Shown piece after piece: positions 24,629-33,113 of a DNA stretch of 33,748 nucleotides (position 1 is its first letter; each line of letters starts with the position of its first letter). A program made the position numbers and the translations under genes. The stretch spans positions 1 to 33,748 of the forward strand of contig JAFYBD010000096.1 of NCBI GenBank assembly GCA_017540385.1. Reading direction: 5' to 3'. The DNA is from Lentisphaeria bacterium. Its GTDB lineage: Bacteria > Verrucomicrobiota > Lentisphaeria > Victivallales > UBA1829. The notes beneath the pieces were generated by a model that ran no database searches, was not told where the DNA came from, and was given only the letters and a program-made list of their open reading frames with translations.

Positions 24629-26979
24629 AAAAAGAGCTGAAGACCGTTTCATCGTTCCCGAACCGTCACGGACGGCTCTGGAATACGTTCCTGTTCCTCG
24701 TCATTCTCCTGACCGCGTTTGCGTTCCGCACGTACCACTACAATACCTCCGTGCTGATGCTGAACGAGATCATCGGCGAGTTGCCGAAAGCCGAGCGTCA
24801 GCACCCGTCGTTCTTCGAACGCTTCCTGCCGCTCCGGCACAACAACTTTTCGCCGTTCACGATCGAGAGCGCCATGATGTTCTCCTATTCGCAGGACATC
24901 GCGGAGGGGAAGGAGGTCCCGGAACACGACCCGACGCTGAAGCACATGGAGGACATCCCTCCGTACGCGCAGATGAACATGGCGCTCGAATGGTTCCTCG
25001 GCTGGGGCTGGCGGCTGAAGCAGATCGTCGCGCCCGACCCCGGAGGCAGCCCGCGCGAACGCCTCTTCCAGGACCATCCGTACATGGCGCAGTGGATGAG
25101 CATGCAGATACGGTTGTGGGCGTCGCTGACCTCGGCGTTCATCTTCCTGTGGCTCCTGCTGCTGAAATGCCCGCGCAAGCTCGCGTTCTGGGGCGGATTC
25201 CTGCACGCCGTGGCGCTGTCGGCGATCGCGCGTTCCACCGGGCAGGACCTCGTGCGCGGCGAATTCTGCATCCCGCTCATCACGCTCGCGTTCGTGCTGA
25301 CAGCCTGGTGCAGCTCCCGGGCGCGGTGGTGGAAGACGCCCCTCATTTTCGCCACGGTCTTCCTCGCGTTCATCGCGTGGGATCTCTGCCAGATGATCTT
25401 TTCCGCCTGGGCGCTCACGGAGGTGCTCCGTGCCGTGCTCGGATACCGGATGCGCCGCGGCCTGCTCTACAGCTGGATCGCCATCGCGGCCGCCGTACTG
25501 CTGAACGCCCTCGTGGTGCCGTTCAACGTCACCTACGGGCTGATCCACGCGCCGATCCTCTGGGTGGCCATCCCGCTGCTTTTCTGCACCTACGGCGCAC
25601 AGGTCGCCGCCGACCGTCTCGAGCTCACAGGCGGGCGCCGTCTGGCGTTCCGTCTGGCGCTGCCGGTCCTGGCGCTGGTGCTGTACATGAACTGGTCGCA
25701 GTTCGGCAACACCCCGGAATACGCCTCGAACTACAGTCATTTCTCCGAGGCCATGAAGGCGAAGATCCAGTTCAACAACGTGAAACCCGCGAACGCCCTG
25801 CTCCTGAACTACGACGCGCGCATCATGTGGACGCCCTCCATGCACTCCGCCACCTGGGAGATCGCCTCGTCGTTCTTCCCCAGCCTCATTTTCGGGCAGA
25901 AGTTCCAGTTCGGCCTCTTCCGCTTCGTCTTCGGGCTGCTCCCGGTCACGCTGGCGCTCTATGCAGCCCTGCTGCTCGGCCTGACGCTCTTCCATATCCC
26001 CAGGCGCGAGTTCACGAAGACCCTGTCGCGCACGTTCTTCCCGAACGTCTTCACGGTCGGCTTCATCGTCGGTTTCATCTACATCGTGCGCTACCACGAA
26101 TTCGTGATCCTCTTCCTCAGCGTGTCGCTCCCGATGCTGATGATGACCTATCTGCGGGCGTTCCGCCACGCCCCGTGGAAGGTCGATCCGGCCGAAGCCT
26201 GTACCGCCCTCTTCGCGAAACCCCGCCTGCTGAAAGTCATGCGGGGAGTCCTGATCGGCGTCTTCTCGTTCGTCCTTTTCTGGGAATCCCTGCTCTCGGT
26301 CGGCACGCCGCGGCGTTATACCGGCGACGTCGCGCTCCGGGAGACCGCCATGCTCATCATGTGGTTCCGCCAGCACAAGGAGGCTTTGGCGGGCAAGGGC
26401 GTCGCCGCCAACTTCACGGTCGGCCCGATGCTGAAAGCCTACGCGGGGACCGGCGTGGTCATGAACCCGCAGTTCGGCATGAAGCGCATCCGCGACGCCA
26501 CGGAGAAATATCTCAACGCGATGTTCCACGGCTCCGAGCTCGACCTCGCGCGTTACTGCGGCGAATACGGCGCGGACTACGTCGTGTACAACAAAGGCGC
26601 AGTCTTCAGCTACTCCATCTACTCGAACCGCTATATCGCCGGGGCGAACGAGATCAAGCTCGACTCCATCGTGAACCTGATGCTCTCCGAACCGGACAAT
26701 CTCCACTGGTTCTACCGGCTGGACGTGCCGCGCGGACTCGAGGAGATCAACCGCGTTTACACGGTGTTCAAGGTCATCTCGCCGGAGGCCAAGCGCGAAG
26801 CCGTGCGCCTGAACGCGCTCGCGCGCAGCGAGCTTGCGCTCGGTCACAAGGAGGAAGCGGCGGAAATCGCGAAACGCGCCGTCGAACTCGACCCTACGGC
26901 CGAAGGCCCCAGACTCCTTTACTTCGAAACGCACGGCCGTCTGCCGAAGGTCACGCTCTCGGGCGTGGTCGACGAATAA
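24625..26979 (+). CDS. large polytopic membrane protein with a C-terminal soluble, TPR-like region. A GT-C-type glycosyltransferase fold is possible but unproven.
   Basis: 784 aa with many hydrophobic helices through about aa 560, then a soluble domain ending in a helical repeat (ALGHKEEAAEIAKRAVELDP). Its ATG overlaps the rpoN stop (ATGA at 24625-24628). Confidence 0.6.
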   Translation: MKKELKTVSSFPNRHGRLWNTFLFLVILLTAFAFRTYHYNTSVLMLNEIIGELPKAERQHPSFFERFLPLRHNNFSPFTIESAMMFSYSQDIAEGKEVPEHDPTLKHMEDIPPYAQMNMALEWFLGWGWRLKQIVAPDPGGSPRERLFQDHPYMAQWMSMQIRLWASLTSAFIFLWLLLLKCPRKLAFWGGFLHAVALSAIARSTGQDLVRGEFCIPLITLAFVLTAWCSSRARWWKTPLIFATVFLAFIAWDLCQMIFSAWALTEVLRAVLGYRMRRGLLYSWIAIAAAVLLNALVVPFNVTYGLIHAPILWVAIPLLFCTYGAQVAADRLELTGGRRLAFRLALPVLALVLYMNWSQFGNTPEYASNYSHFSEAMKAKIQFNNVKPANALLLNYDARIMWTPSMHSATWEIASSFFPSLIFGQKFQFGLFRFVFGLLPVTLALYAALLLGLTLFHIPRREFTKTLSRTFFPNVFTVGFIVGFIYIVRYHEFVILFLSVSLPMLMMTYLRAFRHAPWKVDPAEACTALFAKPRLLKVMRGVLIGVFSFVLFWESLLSVGTPRRYTGDVALRETAMLIMWFRQHKEALAGKGVAANFTVGPMLKAYAGTGVVMNPQFGMKRIRDATEKYLNAMFHGSELDLARYCGEYGADYVVYNKGAVFSYSIYSNRYIAGANEIKLDSIVNLMLSEPDNLHWFYRLDVPRGLEEINRVYTVFKVISPEAKREAVRLNALARSELALGHKEEAAEIAKRAVELDPTAEGPRLLYFETHGRLPKVTLSGVVDE

Positions 26980-27021
26980 CGGGCGCCTCTCAAACTGGTT
27001 TCCGCCGGGATGGGTGCCGGA

Positions 27022-27798
27022 TCAGACCGCGCCGCGCGGCTGATTGTCCGGCATGGCGACTTTCCGCGAGATGATCGTGACCGGGCGGCCGCACCCCTCG
27101 AACACGCTTTTGATCTCCTCGAGCCGTTCCCTCGACGGGATTTCGACCCAGGATTCGGTCCCCGGCCGGTCGAGCGAATTGATCTGCACCTGGTCGGGCG
27201 CGATCTCCCGCAGGAGCTTCACGAAGCGTTCCAGCGATTCCGGCGTGTCGTTGATGCCCGGCACGATGAACACCTCCAGCCACATTTCCACGGGATTCGC
27301 GGCGCGGAACGACTTCAGCGCGTTCACGACGCCCTCGAACGTCACCCCGGGGGCAGGCCGGTCGACGCGGCGGAATTCCTCCTCGTTCGAACCGTCCAGC
27401 GACGGCATGACGAGGTCGATCCCCTCCACCTCGCGCTGGACCTGCGGATCGCCGAGCAACGTGGCGTTCGTGATGAGGCATATCTTCACGTCGGGGTGTT
27501 TCGCCTTCACGCCGCGGATGACCTCGCCGATGCCCGTGTGGAGCGTGGGCTCGCCCATGCCGGAGAACGTGATGTAGTCGATGTTCACGTGTTTCGCGAA
27601 GAATTCCTCGAGCTCCTCCAGCACGCGCGACGCGGGGTAGAAATCGCCCCGTTCCGTGGTCAGGTTCGTGGTCGCGCCACATTCGCAGTACACGCAGTTC
27701 AGCGAACAGGTCTTGAAGGGCAGCAGGTCCACGCCGAGGGAACGTCCCAGCCGGCGCGAGCTCAGAGGCCCGAATACGCTTTTCATCTTTTGTGTCAT
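27022..27798 (-). CDS. radical SAM protein
   Basis: CSLNCVYCEC (Cx3Cx2C) near the N-terminus, and the GMGEPTL glycine-rich SAM motif. 258 aa. Confidence 0.8.
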   Translation of the reverse strand: MTQKMKSVFGPLSSRRLGRSLGVDLLPFKTCSLNCVYCECGATTNLTTERGDFYPASRVLEELEEFFAKHVNIDYITFSGMGEPTLHTGIGEVIRGVKAKHPDVKICLITNATLLGDPQVQREVEGIDLVMPSLDGSNEEEFRRVDRPAPGVTFEGVVNALKSFRAANPVEMWLEVFIVPGINDTPESLERFVKLLREIAPDQVQINSLDRPGTESWVEIPSRERLEEIKSVFEGCGRPVTIISRKVAMPDNQPRGAV

Positions 27799-27819
27799 CT
27801 CGCACGCTCCTCTCCGGGT

Positions 27820-28542
27820 TCAACCCCAAATCATGATCTTTACCGCGATCCCCAGCAGCACGAGCCCGCCGAGGATCGAACTCCGGTTTCCGAACCGGTT
27901 CCCGAACACGCGTCCCGAGACGCATCCGGCGGCCGAAATCGCCGCCGTAACCGCCCCGATGACCAGCACGTCGCCGGTGATGTTCTCACGCCCCAGGCAT
28001 GCGTACGACACCCCGACCAGCAGTGCGTCGATGCTCGTCGCGAATGACAGCACGATCAGCCGCCGCAGGGAACACACCCCGATCCGCGCCGCGGAGTCCT
28101 CGTTCGAGAATCCCTCGCGGAGCATTTGCACGGCCACGATTCCGAGCAGCAAGCCGGAGGTGATCCGCCCCGCTTTCCGCACGATCTCGCCGCACAGTCC
28201 GCTGGCGAACCAGCCGATCGTGGGCATCATCGCCTGGAAGAGCCCGAAGAGCGCTGCCGTGAGCACGATCTTGTCCCACGGGAAGACGCTCCGGCCGGAC
28301 GCTCCGGCGCAGCCGCCGACGCACCCCGGACGGCAGATCGCGCAGACCGGAGCCGCGGGCGTGGGGCTCAGAAACGGCAGACGGCGGTACCAGGGCAGGG
28401 GGCGTTTCGGTTCGTTTTCGGGGGTGCTCCGGGGAGCGGATTGTTGCGGGCAGGACCAGCCGGTCGCTCCGAGCGCGAGGGAGACCGCGAGAGCGTCCAT
28501 CGCCAGGCCGACGCCCATCAAGGATGCTTCCAGCACGTCCAT
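27820..28542 (-). CDS. mntP: manganese efflux pump MntP family protein with an enlarged first loop
   Basis: GVGLAMDALAVSLALG and SFATSIDALLVGVSYA are the paired DUF204 motifs. C-terminus ILGGLVLLGIAVKIM. It is 240 aa against about 188 aa in E. coli, owing to a Pro/Cys-rich insert. Confidence 0.8.
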   Translation of the reverse strand: MDVLEASLMGVGLAMDALAVSLALGATGWSCPQQSAPRSTPENEPKRPLPWYRRLPFLSPTPAAPVCAICRPGCVGGCAGASGRSVFPWDKIVLTAALFGLFQAMMPTIGWFASGLCGEIVRKAGRITSGLLLGIVAVQMLREGFSNEDSAARIGVCSLRRLIVLSFATSIDALLVGVSYACLGRENITGDVLVIGAVTAAISAAGCVSGRVFGNRFGNRSSILGGLVLLGIAVKIMIWG

Positions 28543-28614
28543 CGTTCACCCCGCTGATATAGGCCGTACCGTACGGTTTTATGCCGGGGGGGTACGGAAA
28601 AAAGGCAAAAAAAA

Positions 28615-28691
28615 TGGTACGCCCTCGGGGATTCGAACCCCGGACCCAATGATTAAGAGTCATTTGCTCTAGCCGGCTGAGCTAAGGGCGC
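28615..28691 (-). tRNA. tRNA-Lys (anticodon CUU), CCA encoded
   Basis: I folded it by hand. Acceptor GCGCCCT/AGGGCGT, D arm GCTC/GAGC, anticodon arm AATGA-CTCTTAA-TCATT, 5-nt variable loop, T arm CGGGG-TTCGAAT-CCCCG, then A and CCA. 77 nt. Confidence 0.9.
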
Positions 28692-28713
28692 ACGGAAAAT
28701 TTAGTATGCATTT

Positions 28714-28741
28714 AATATACGACGTTTTTTTCGAAAGTCAA
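28714..28741 (-). promoter_or_regulatory. putative promoter of tRNA-Lys
   Basis: Minus strand reads TTGACT (28741-28736), 16 nt, TATATT (28719-28714), about 22 nt upstream of the tRNA 5' end. Confidence 0.55.
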
Positions 28742-28789
28742 GCCGCTTTCTCCAAAAAGTCGCAAAAAAACCGTCTTCCGGCCGCTTTA

Positions 28790-30511
28790 TCACGCCTCGG
28801 GCGCGGCTTCGTTCCCCGCTTCGTCCGCGACCTCGAATTCCCCCTCGAACTCCGCTTCGGCCGTCCCCGGGTGTTTCGCGTCGGTCCCGTTCTCGCGGTA
28901 ACGGATGCGCCCCTCCATCAGGTAACGCGGCTTGATCTCGAATTCGGGCGAGAGGAAGTCGTCCTTCGCCGGATACTCGCGGGACGTCGCGCCGAACACC
29001 GTGAGGATGCCCTGCGTGGTCCGGTCCATCTGCAGCGGCTTGTCGACCGCCGCTTCGGCCGCGGCGACGCGTTCGGGGTACGCCGCGCGGTATTCGGGCG
29101 AGAACCAGAAGAGGAACGGTACCTCGTAGGAGTCGCGTTTCTCCGCGTCGCGGTAGTTCTGCAGGAAGCTCGTTTCGACGTTTTCGCCGTGGTCGGAGAA
29201 ATAGAACAGCACGTTCTTCCCGCCCGCTTCCTTCAGCTGGCCGACGATCTCGCCGAGCACGTAGTCGGTGTAGCGGATCGTGTTGTCGTACGTGTTGATG
29301 TTCTCCACGAAGAGCGGATTGATCTCCCCGGCGGAGTCCGTGAGCTCGGTCTCCGTGAAGACGTTGAACGTCTCCGGGTAGCGGTTCCTGTACGTGATGT
29401 GGCTGCCCATGATGTGCAGCACGATGAGCGTGGGGCCCTCGCGTTTCGCCAACGCCTCCTTCACGTCCGCCAGCAGACATTCGTCGAACTCGTTGTCGTG
29501 GTATTTCGGGGTCCACTTCGCGAAGAGCGCGGACGCCGAGTTCGGTCCGAAGTCCTCCTGCGTGGACGACGCGTCGATGTGGTAGCCCGCGCGTTCCAAT
29601 ACTTCCATCACGGTTGCGCGCGGGTGCATCTGGTCCGCGATCGTCTTGAAGGTCAGGGCATAATACAGCGCGTAATTCGTGACCGGCATGGCCGCGATCA
29701 CGTTGCGGAAGACGACCAGTTCGTCCTTCATCCCGTCGAGCGCCGGCGTCGTCTCGCGTCCGTAGCCGTAGAGCGACAGATGCGCGCGCGCCGCGCTCTC
29801 CCCGATCACGATCACGGCCGTGTCGGCGGGCCCTTCCAGCTTCAAGTCGGCCGGTATCTGCGGATTCCTCAGACAGTCGTGCAGCACGTCCATCTGCTTG
29901 CGCGAATCAGCCCACTGGTTCGGCAGCAGGGCGAACCATGCGGCGGAACACCGTCCGACGGGATCGGGCCGGATCCAGGTGCACCAGGTGTACACCCACG
30001 CTATCGGCAGCACGCACGCCAGCGCCACCAGCGCGCTCCGTTTGCGGTTGAGGGGCTGGCGCACGCGCAGCCCGAGGTATTTGAGAATCAGCAGTCCCGC
30101 CGCGGTGGACACGATGCAGTACAGCGTAGTCAGCGATGCGAGCTCGCGCAGCATGAATTCGCGCGATTCCCGCCACGAAGTCGTCGACAGCAGGTCCAGC
30201 GTGCCCGTCTGGACAGGCGCGTGGAACCGGATCATCGCGTAGCCGTTCACGAAGAACCCGGCCGCCGCGAACGCTGTCAGCGCCGCCGCATAGCAGCGGA
30301 ACCATATCCCGCGGAGCAGGAAGAGCGGGGCGAGCGCGAAGAGGTACCCGGCCAGCGCCGAGAGCACGTCGCCGAACTCGAGCGGAGCCAGGTTGTGATG
30401 CACGAAGACATGCGGCAGCAGGTCCGGCCCCGAGATCAGGATCAGATACACGGGCAGAAAGAGCCACATGCTTTCGATGAGCTTGCGCCGTGTCGTCGTT
30501 TCTTCGTTCAT
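28790..30511 (-). CDS. sulfatase-family phosphoethanolamine transferase (EptA/OpgE-like)
   Basis: N-terminal block of 5 TM helices, then an alkaline-phosphatase-superfamily domain: VIVIGESAARAHLSLYGYGRETTPAL, MGSH, YFSDHGE. Confidence 0.8.
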   Translation of the reverse strand: MNEETTTRRKLIESMWLFLPVYLILISGPDLLPHVFVHHNLAPLEFGDVLSALAGYLFALAPLFLLRGIWFRCYAAALTAFAAAGFFVNGYAMIRFHAPVQTGTLDLLSTTSWRESREFMLRELASLTTLYCIVSTAAGLLILKYLGLRVRQPLNRKRSALVALACVLPIAWVYTWCTWIRPDPVGRCSAAWFALLPNQWADSRKQMDVLHDCLRNPQIPADLKLEGPADTAVIVIGESAARAHLSLYGYGRETTPALDGMKDELVVFRNVIAAMPVTNYALYYALTFKTIADQMHPRATVMEVLERAGYHIDASSTQEDFGPNSASALFAKWTPKYHDNEFDECLLADVKEALAKREGPTLIVLHIMGSHITYRNRYPETFNVFTETELTDSAGEINPLFVENINTYDNTIRYTDYVLGEIVGQLKEAGGKNVLFYFSDHGENVETSFLQNYRDAEKRDSYEVPFLFWFSPEYRAAYPERVAAAEAAVDKPLQMDRTTQGILTVFGATSREYPAKDDFLSPEFEIKPRYLMEGRIRYRENGTDAKHPGTAEAEFEGEFEVADEAGNEAAPEA

Positions 30512-30614
30512 GGATCCTGTGTCCGGGGTGATTCAAGTTCGTTTCGGAGTCATTGTCCGCGCGACCGTTTTTGATTGTCCGGTGTTCGCGCTCATGGATT
30601 CCGGGTAAAATTAT

Positions 30615-30623
30615 AATATAGCA
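30615..30623 (-). promoter_or_regulatory. putative extended -10 element for the EptA-like gene
   Basis: Minus strand reads TGCTATATT, about 100 nt upstream of the ATG at 30511. Confidence 0.35.
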
Positions 30624-30732
30624 TCTAAAGAATCAAAAATCAAATTGTCATCCTTTTTTTCGTCAAAATCCCCAGCCAAAAACAGTCCGGAATAACCAGT
30701 GTTTCATCCGTCCTGTTTTTTGCCTTTCCCGC

Positions 30733-30761
30733 TTGACATTCGTCCGCCCGCATGGTAGATT
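30733..30761 (+). promoter_or_regulatory. putative promoter of the ABC exporter gene
   Basis: TTGACA (30733-30738), 17 nt, TAGATT (30756-30761), followed by ATAG. The same TAGATTATAG string occurs at the MNT promoter. Confidence 0.5.
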
Positions 30762-30821
30762 ATAGCAGCCTCGCCGGACTCCCGTCTCCCGGCCGAACCT
30801 CACCCGGAGTTGTTGTTTCCC

Positions 30822-32537
30822 ATGGACCAGACTTCCGCATCCAGCCGCGTCGTCCCGCCGGAATCCTTCCCGCAGACGCCTCATGCGCCGCATTTCCGCG
30901 AATTCATCCGGTTTTTCCGCGCCGCGATCCGTCCCTGGCGCTGGGTCTACCTCGCCATGTTCGCGGGCGTGCTCCTGGTGACCGCGGCCGGGTACGTGCT
31001 CCCCGTCGTGCAGAAACGCCTCATCAACGCGCTCGCCGGGCGCGAATCCGACGGCATCTGGGCGCTTTTCCTCGCCGCCGGGGCGCTCATGCTCCTCGTC
31101 CGCTGCGAAACCCTCCTGCGTCAGCGCGTCGTGAATTCGACCGTGCAGAAAGTCATGTTCGCGCTGGAGACCCGCATCATGAACCGCCTGCTCGGGCTCC
31201 CGCCCGGCCTGCTCGACCAACTTGGCGGCGGTTACCTTTCCGGCCGACTCCACGCCGACGTCACGCAGCTGCGCTTTTTCTTCTCGAACACCCTCTTCAC
31301 CGTGCTTGCGAACATCCTGAAAGCCTCCGGCGCGTTCGTCTTTCTCTTCGTGCTCAGTCCCCGCACTGCCCTCGCGATCCTGCCGGCGTTCCCGTGCTAT
31401 GTCTGGCTGCTCTACCGGTTCCGCGGCTCGCACTACGCCGTCGCCCGCCGCATCAGCGAACTCCAGGCGCGCAATCAGCGCATGCTGGCCTCCTCGCTCG
31501 GCAGCATCGAACTGGTGAAGACCAATGCGGCCGAATCCCGCGTGAGCGGTGCCATCCGCACCGGGTTTGCCCGCGAGACGCTCTTCCGCCTGAAGGCCGT
31601 CCGCCTGTCGAATTCCTTCCTCGTGCTCGCAGGGCTCATCCCGCTCTGCTGCCAGGGCGTGCTCGCGGTCGTCGGGATCCACCTCATCCTGAGGGGCGAA
31701 TGGACCCTCGGCCTGCTCTGGGCCATGAACTGCTATCTCATGAACGTCTTCCACCCCGCCGGTCAGCTCTGCGGAGCGTTCCCCGCCTCCCAGGCCGCGC
31801 TCGCCTCCGCCGCGCGCCTGATCGAGCTCGAACACGCCACCTGCGAGCCGCGACTCGATTCCGGGCTCGACGACTTCGAACTGCGCGGAAAGATCGAACT
31901 CCGCGCCGTCACGTTCGCCTTCCATCCCGACCGCCCCGTGCTGAACGCCCTCGACCTCGCGCTCGAACCCGGCGCGAAGCTGGTCGTGGCCGGTCCCTCG
32001 GGCGCGGGCAAAAGCACCCTCTTCGCCCTGCTCCTCGGATTCTACAAACCCGTCTCCGGCGAAATCCTCCTCGACGGCCGCCCTGTCGACGCCTACAACA
32101 TCCGCGCGCTCCGCCGCCGCATCGGCTACCTCGGCCCATTCCCGGCGTTCATCCCGGCCACGCTCCGCGCCAACCTCACGCTCGGCTGCCCGGAGCCGCC
32201 GTCCGACGACGTCATCCGCGCCGCGCTCGCAGAAGCCGGGGCCGATTCCTTCGTCGGCGTGCTCCCGCGTGGTCTCGACACCGTGCTCACCGAATCCGCC
32301 CGCAATTTCTCCGCCGGCGAACACCTCCGCCTCGCCCTCGCACGCGAACTCCTCCGCGGCTGTTCCGTCCTGCTCCTCGACGAAGCCACCGCGCACCTCG
32401 ATCACGACACCGAGACGCGTTTCCTGGAGACTGTCCTCCGCGTCTTCCGCGACCGCACGGTCCTGATGATCCGTCACACGCCGCACCCGCTCGTCGAGCC
32501 CTTCCCGGTCCTGCGTCTCTCCGGACCGCGCGCCTGA
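30822..32537 (+). CDS. ABC exporter, fused permease and ATPase half-transporter (MsbA-like fold)
   Basis: Six-helix TMD, Walker A GPSGAGKST, Walker B LLLDEAT. The signature is FSAGEH rather than LSGGQ. The ATG at 30822 (MDQTSAS) lies 13 nt after GGAG; the track start is a TTG at 30810. Confidence 0.8.
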   Translation: MDQTSASSRVVPPESFPQTPHAPHFREFIRFFRAAIRPWRWVYLAMFAGVLLVTAAGYVLPVVQKRLINALAGRESDGIWALFLAAGALMLLVRCETLLRQRVVNSTVQKVMFALETRIMNRLLGLPPGLLDQLGGGYLSGRLHADVTQLRFFFSNTLFTVLANILKASGAFVFLFVLSPRTALAILPAFPCYVWLLYRFRGSHYAVARRISELQARNQRMLASSLGSIELVKTNAAESRVSGAIRTGFARETLFRLKAVRLSNSFLVLAGLIPLCCQGVLAVVGIHLILRGEWTLGLLWAMNCYLMNVFHPAGQLCGAFPASQAALASAARLIELEHATCEPRLDSGLDDFELRGKIELRAVTFAFHPDRPVLNALDLALEPGAKLVVAGPSGAGKSTLFALLLGFYKPVSGEILLDGRPVDAYNIRALRRRIGYLGPFPAFIPATLRANLTLGCPEPPSDDVIRAALAEAGADSFVGVLPRGLDTVLTESARNFSAGEHLRLALARELLRGCSVLLLDEATAHLDHDTETRFLETVLRVFRDRTVLMIRHTPHPLVEPFPVLRLSGPRA

Positions 32538-32666
32538 TCCGTCCACGCCGGACCGCGGTTTGCGTCCTGGCCGGCGGTTCGCCCCGGTATCGTCCGGTTT
32601 TGACCCCACGCGCGCGGCTGCGTTCACCTTTTACGCGCGAAAACGCGAAAGTTTCCGGAAAACGAC

Positions 32667-32695
32667 TTGAAAAACGGTCCGACCCGGAGTAGAGT
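32667..32695 (+). promoter_or_regulatory. putative promoter of the thioredoxin gene
   Basis: TTGAAA (32667-32672), 17 nt, TAGAGT (32690-32695). Confidence 0.5.
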
Positions 32696-32776
32696 ATGAA
32701 TTGACACATTCCCCGGCGCAGAGGATTTCGCAAACCGCGCCGGACGATCCAACCGCGAACCAAGGGGGTACCCGTC

Positions 32777-33088
32777 ATGAGCAGCATCAATGTCCTTTCC
32801 GAAAGCAATTTTGACAGCATCGTCGGCAGCAAGCCCGCGTTGATCGACTTCGGCGCCGAGTGGTGCGTCTACTGCAAGAAGATCGCGCCTGTCATCGAAG
32901 AGATCGCCTCGGAGCATCCCGAGCTCGTCGTCGGCTCCATCGACGTCGACCTGAATCCGATGCTCGCGGCGCGGTTCCGCGTTCACAGCCTCCCGACCGT
33001 GCTCGTGATGAAGGACGGCCAGGTGGTGAAGCAGTTCCTCGGCGCGCAGACCAAGGAAACGTACCTGAAGGCGATCTCCGAACTCTGA
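32777..33088 (+). CDS. trxA: thioredoxin with a non-canonical CVYC active site
   Basis: 103 aa. FDSIVGSKPALIDFGAEWCVYCKKIAPVIEE...PTVLVMKDGQVV has the thioredoxin fold pattern. The active site is WCVYC instead of WCGPC. Confidence 0.8.
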   Translation: MSSINVLSESNFDSIVGSKPALIDFGAEWCVYCKKIAPVIEEIASEHPELVVGSIDVDLNPMLAARFRVHSLPTVLVMKDGQVVKQFLGAQTKETYLKAISEL

Positions 33089-33113
33089 GCCCGTTTTTCC
33101 TCCCCCGACGAAC

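Noticed and set aside
28543-28614. Possible yybP-ykoY manganese riboswitch upstream of mntP.
   Set aside because: Only 72 nt separate the tRNA-Lys 3' end from the mntP ATG. That is too short for the four-helix riboswitch, and I see none of its conserved GGGGAGUAG-type core sequence.
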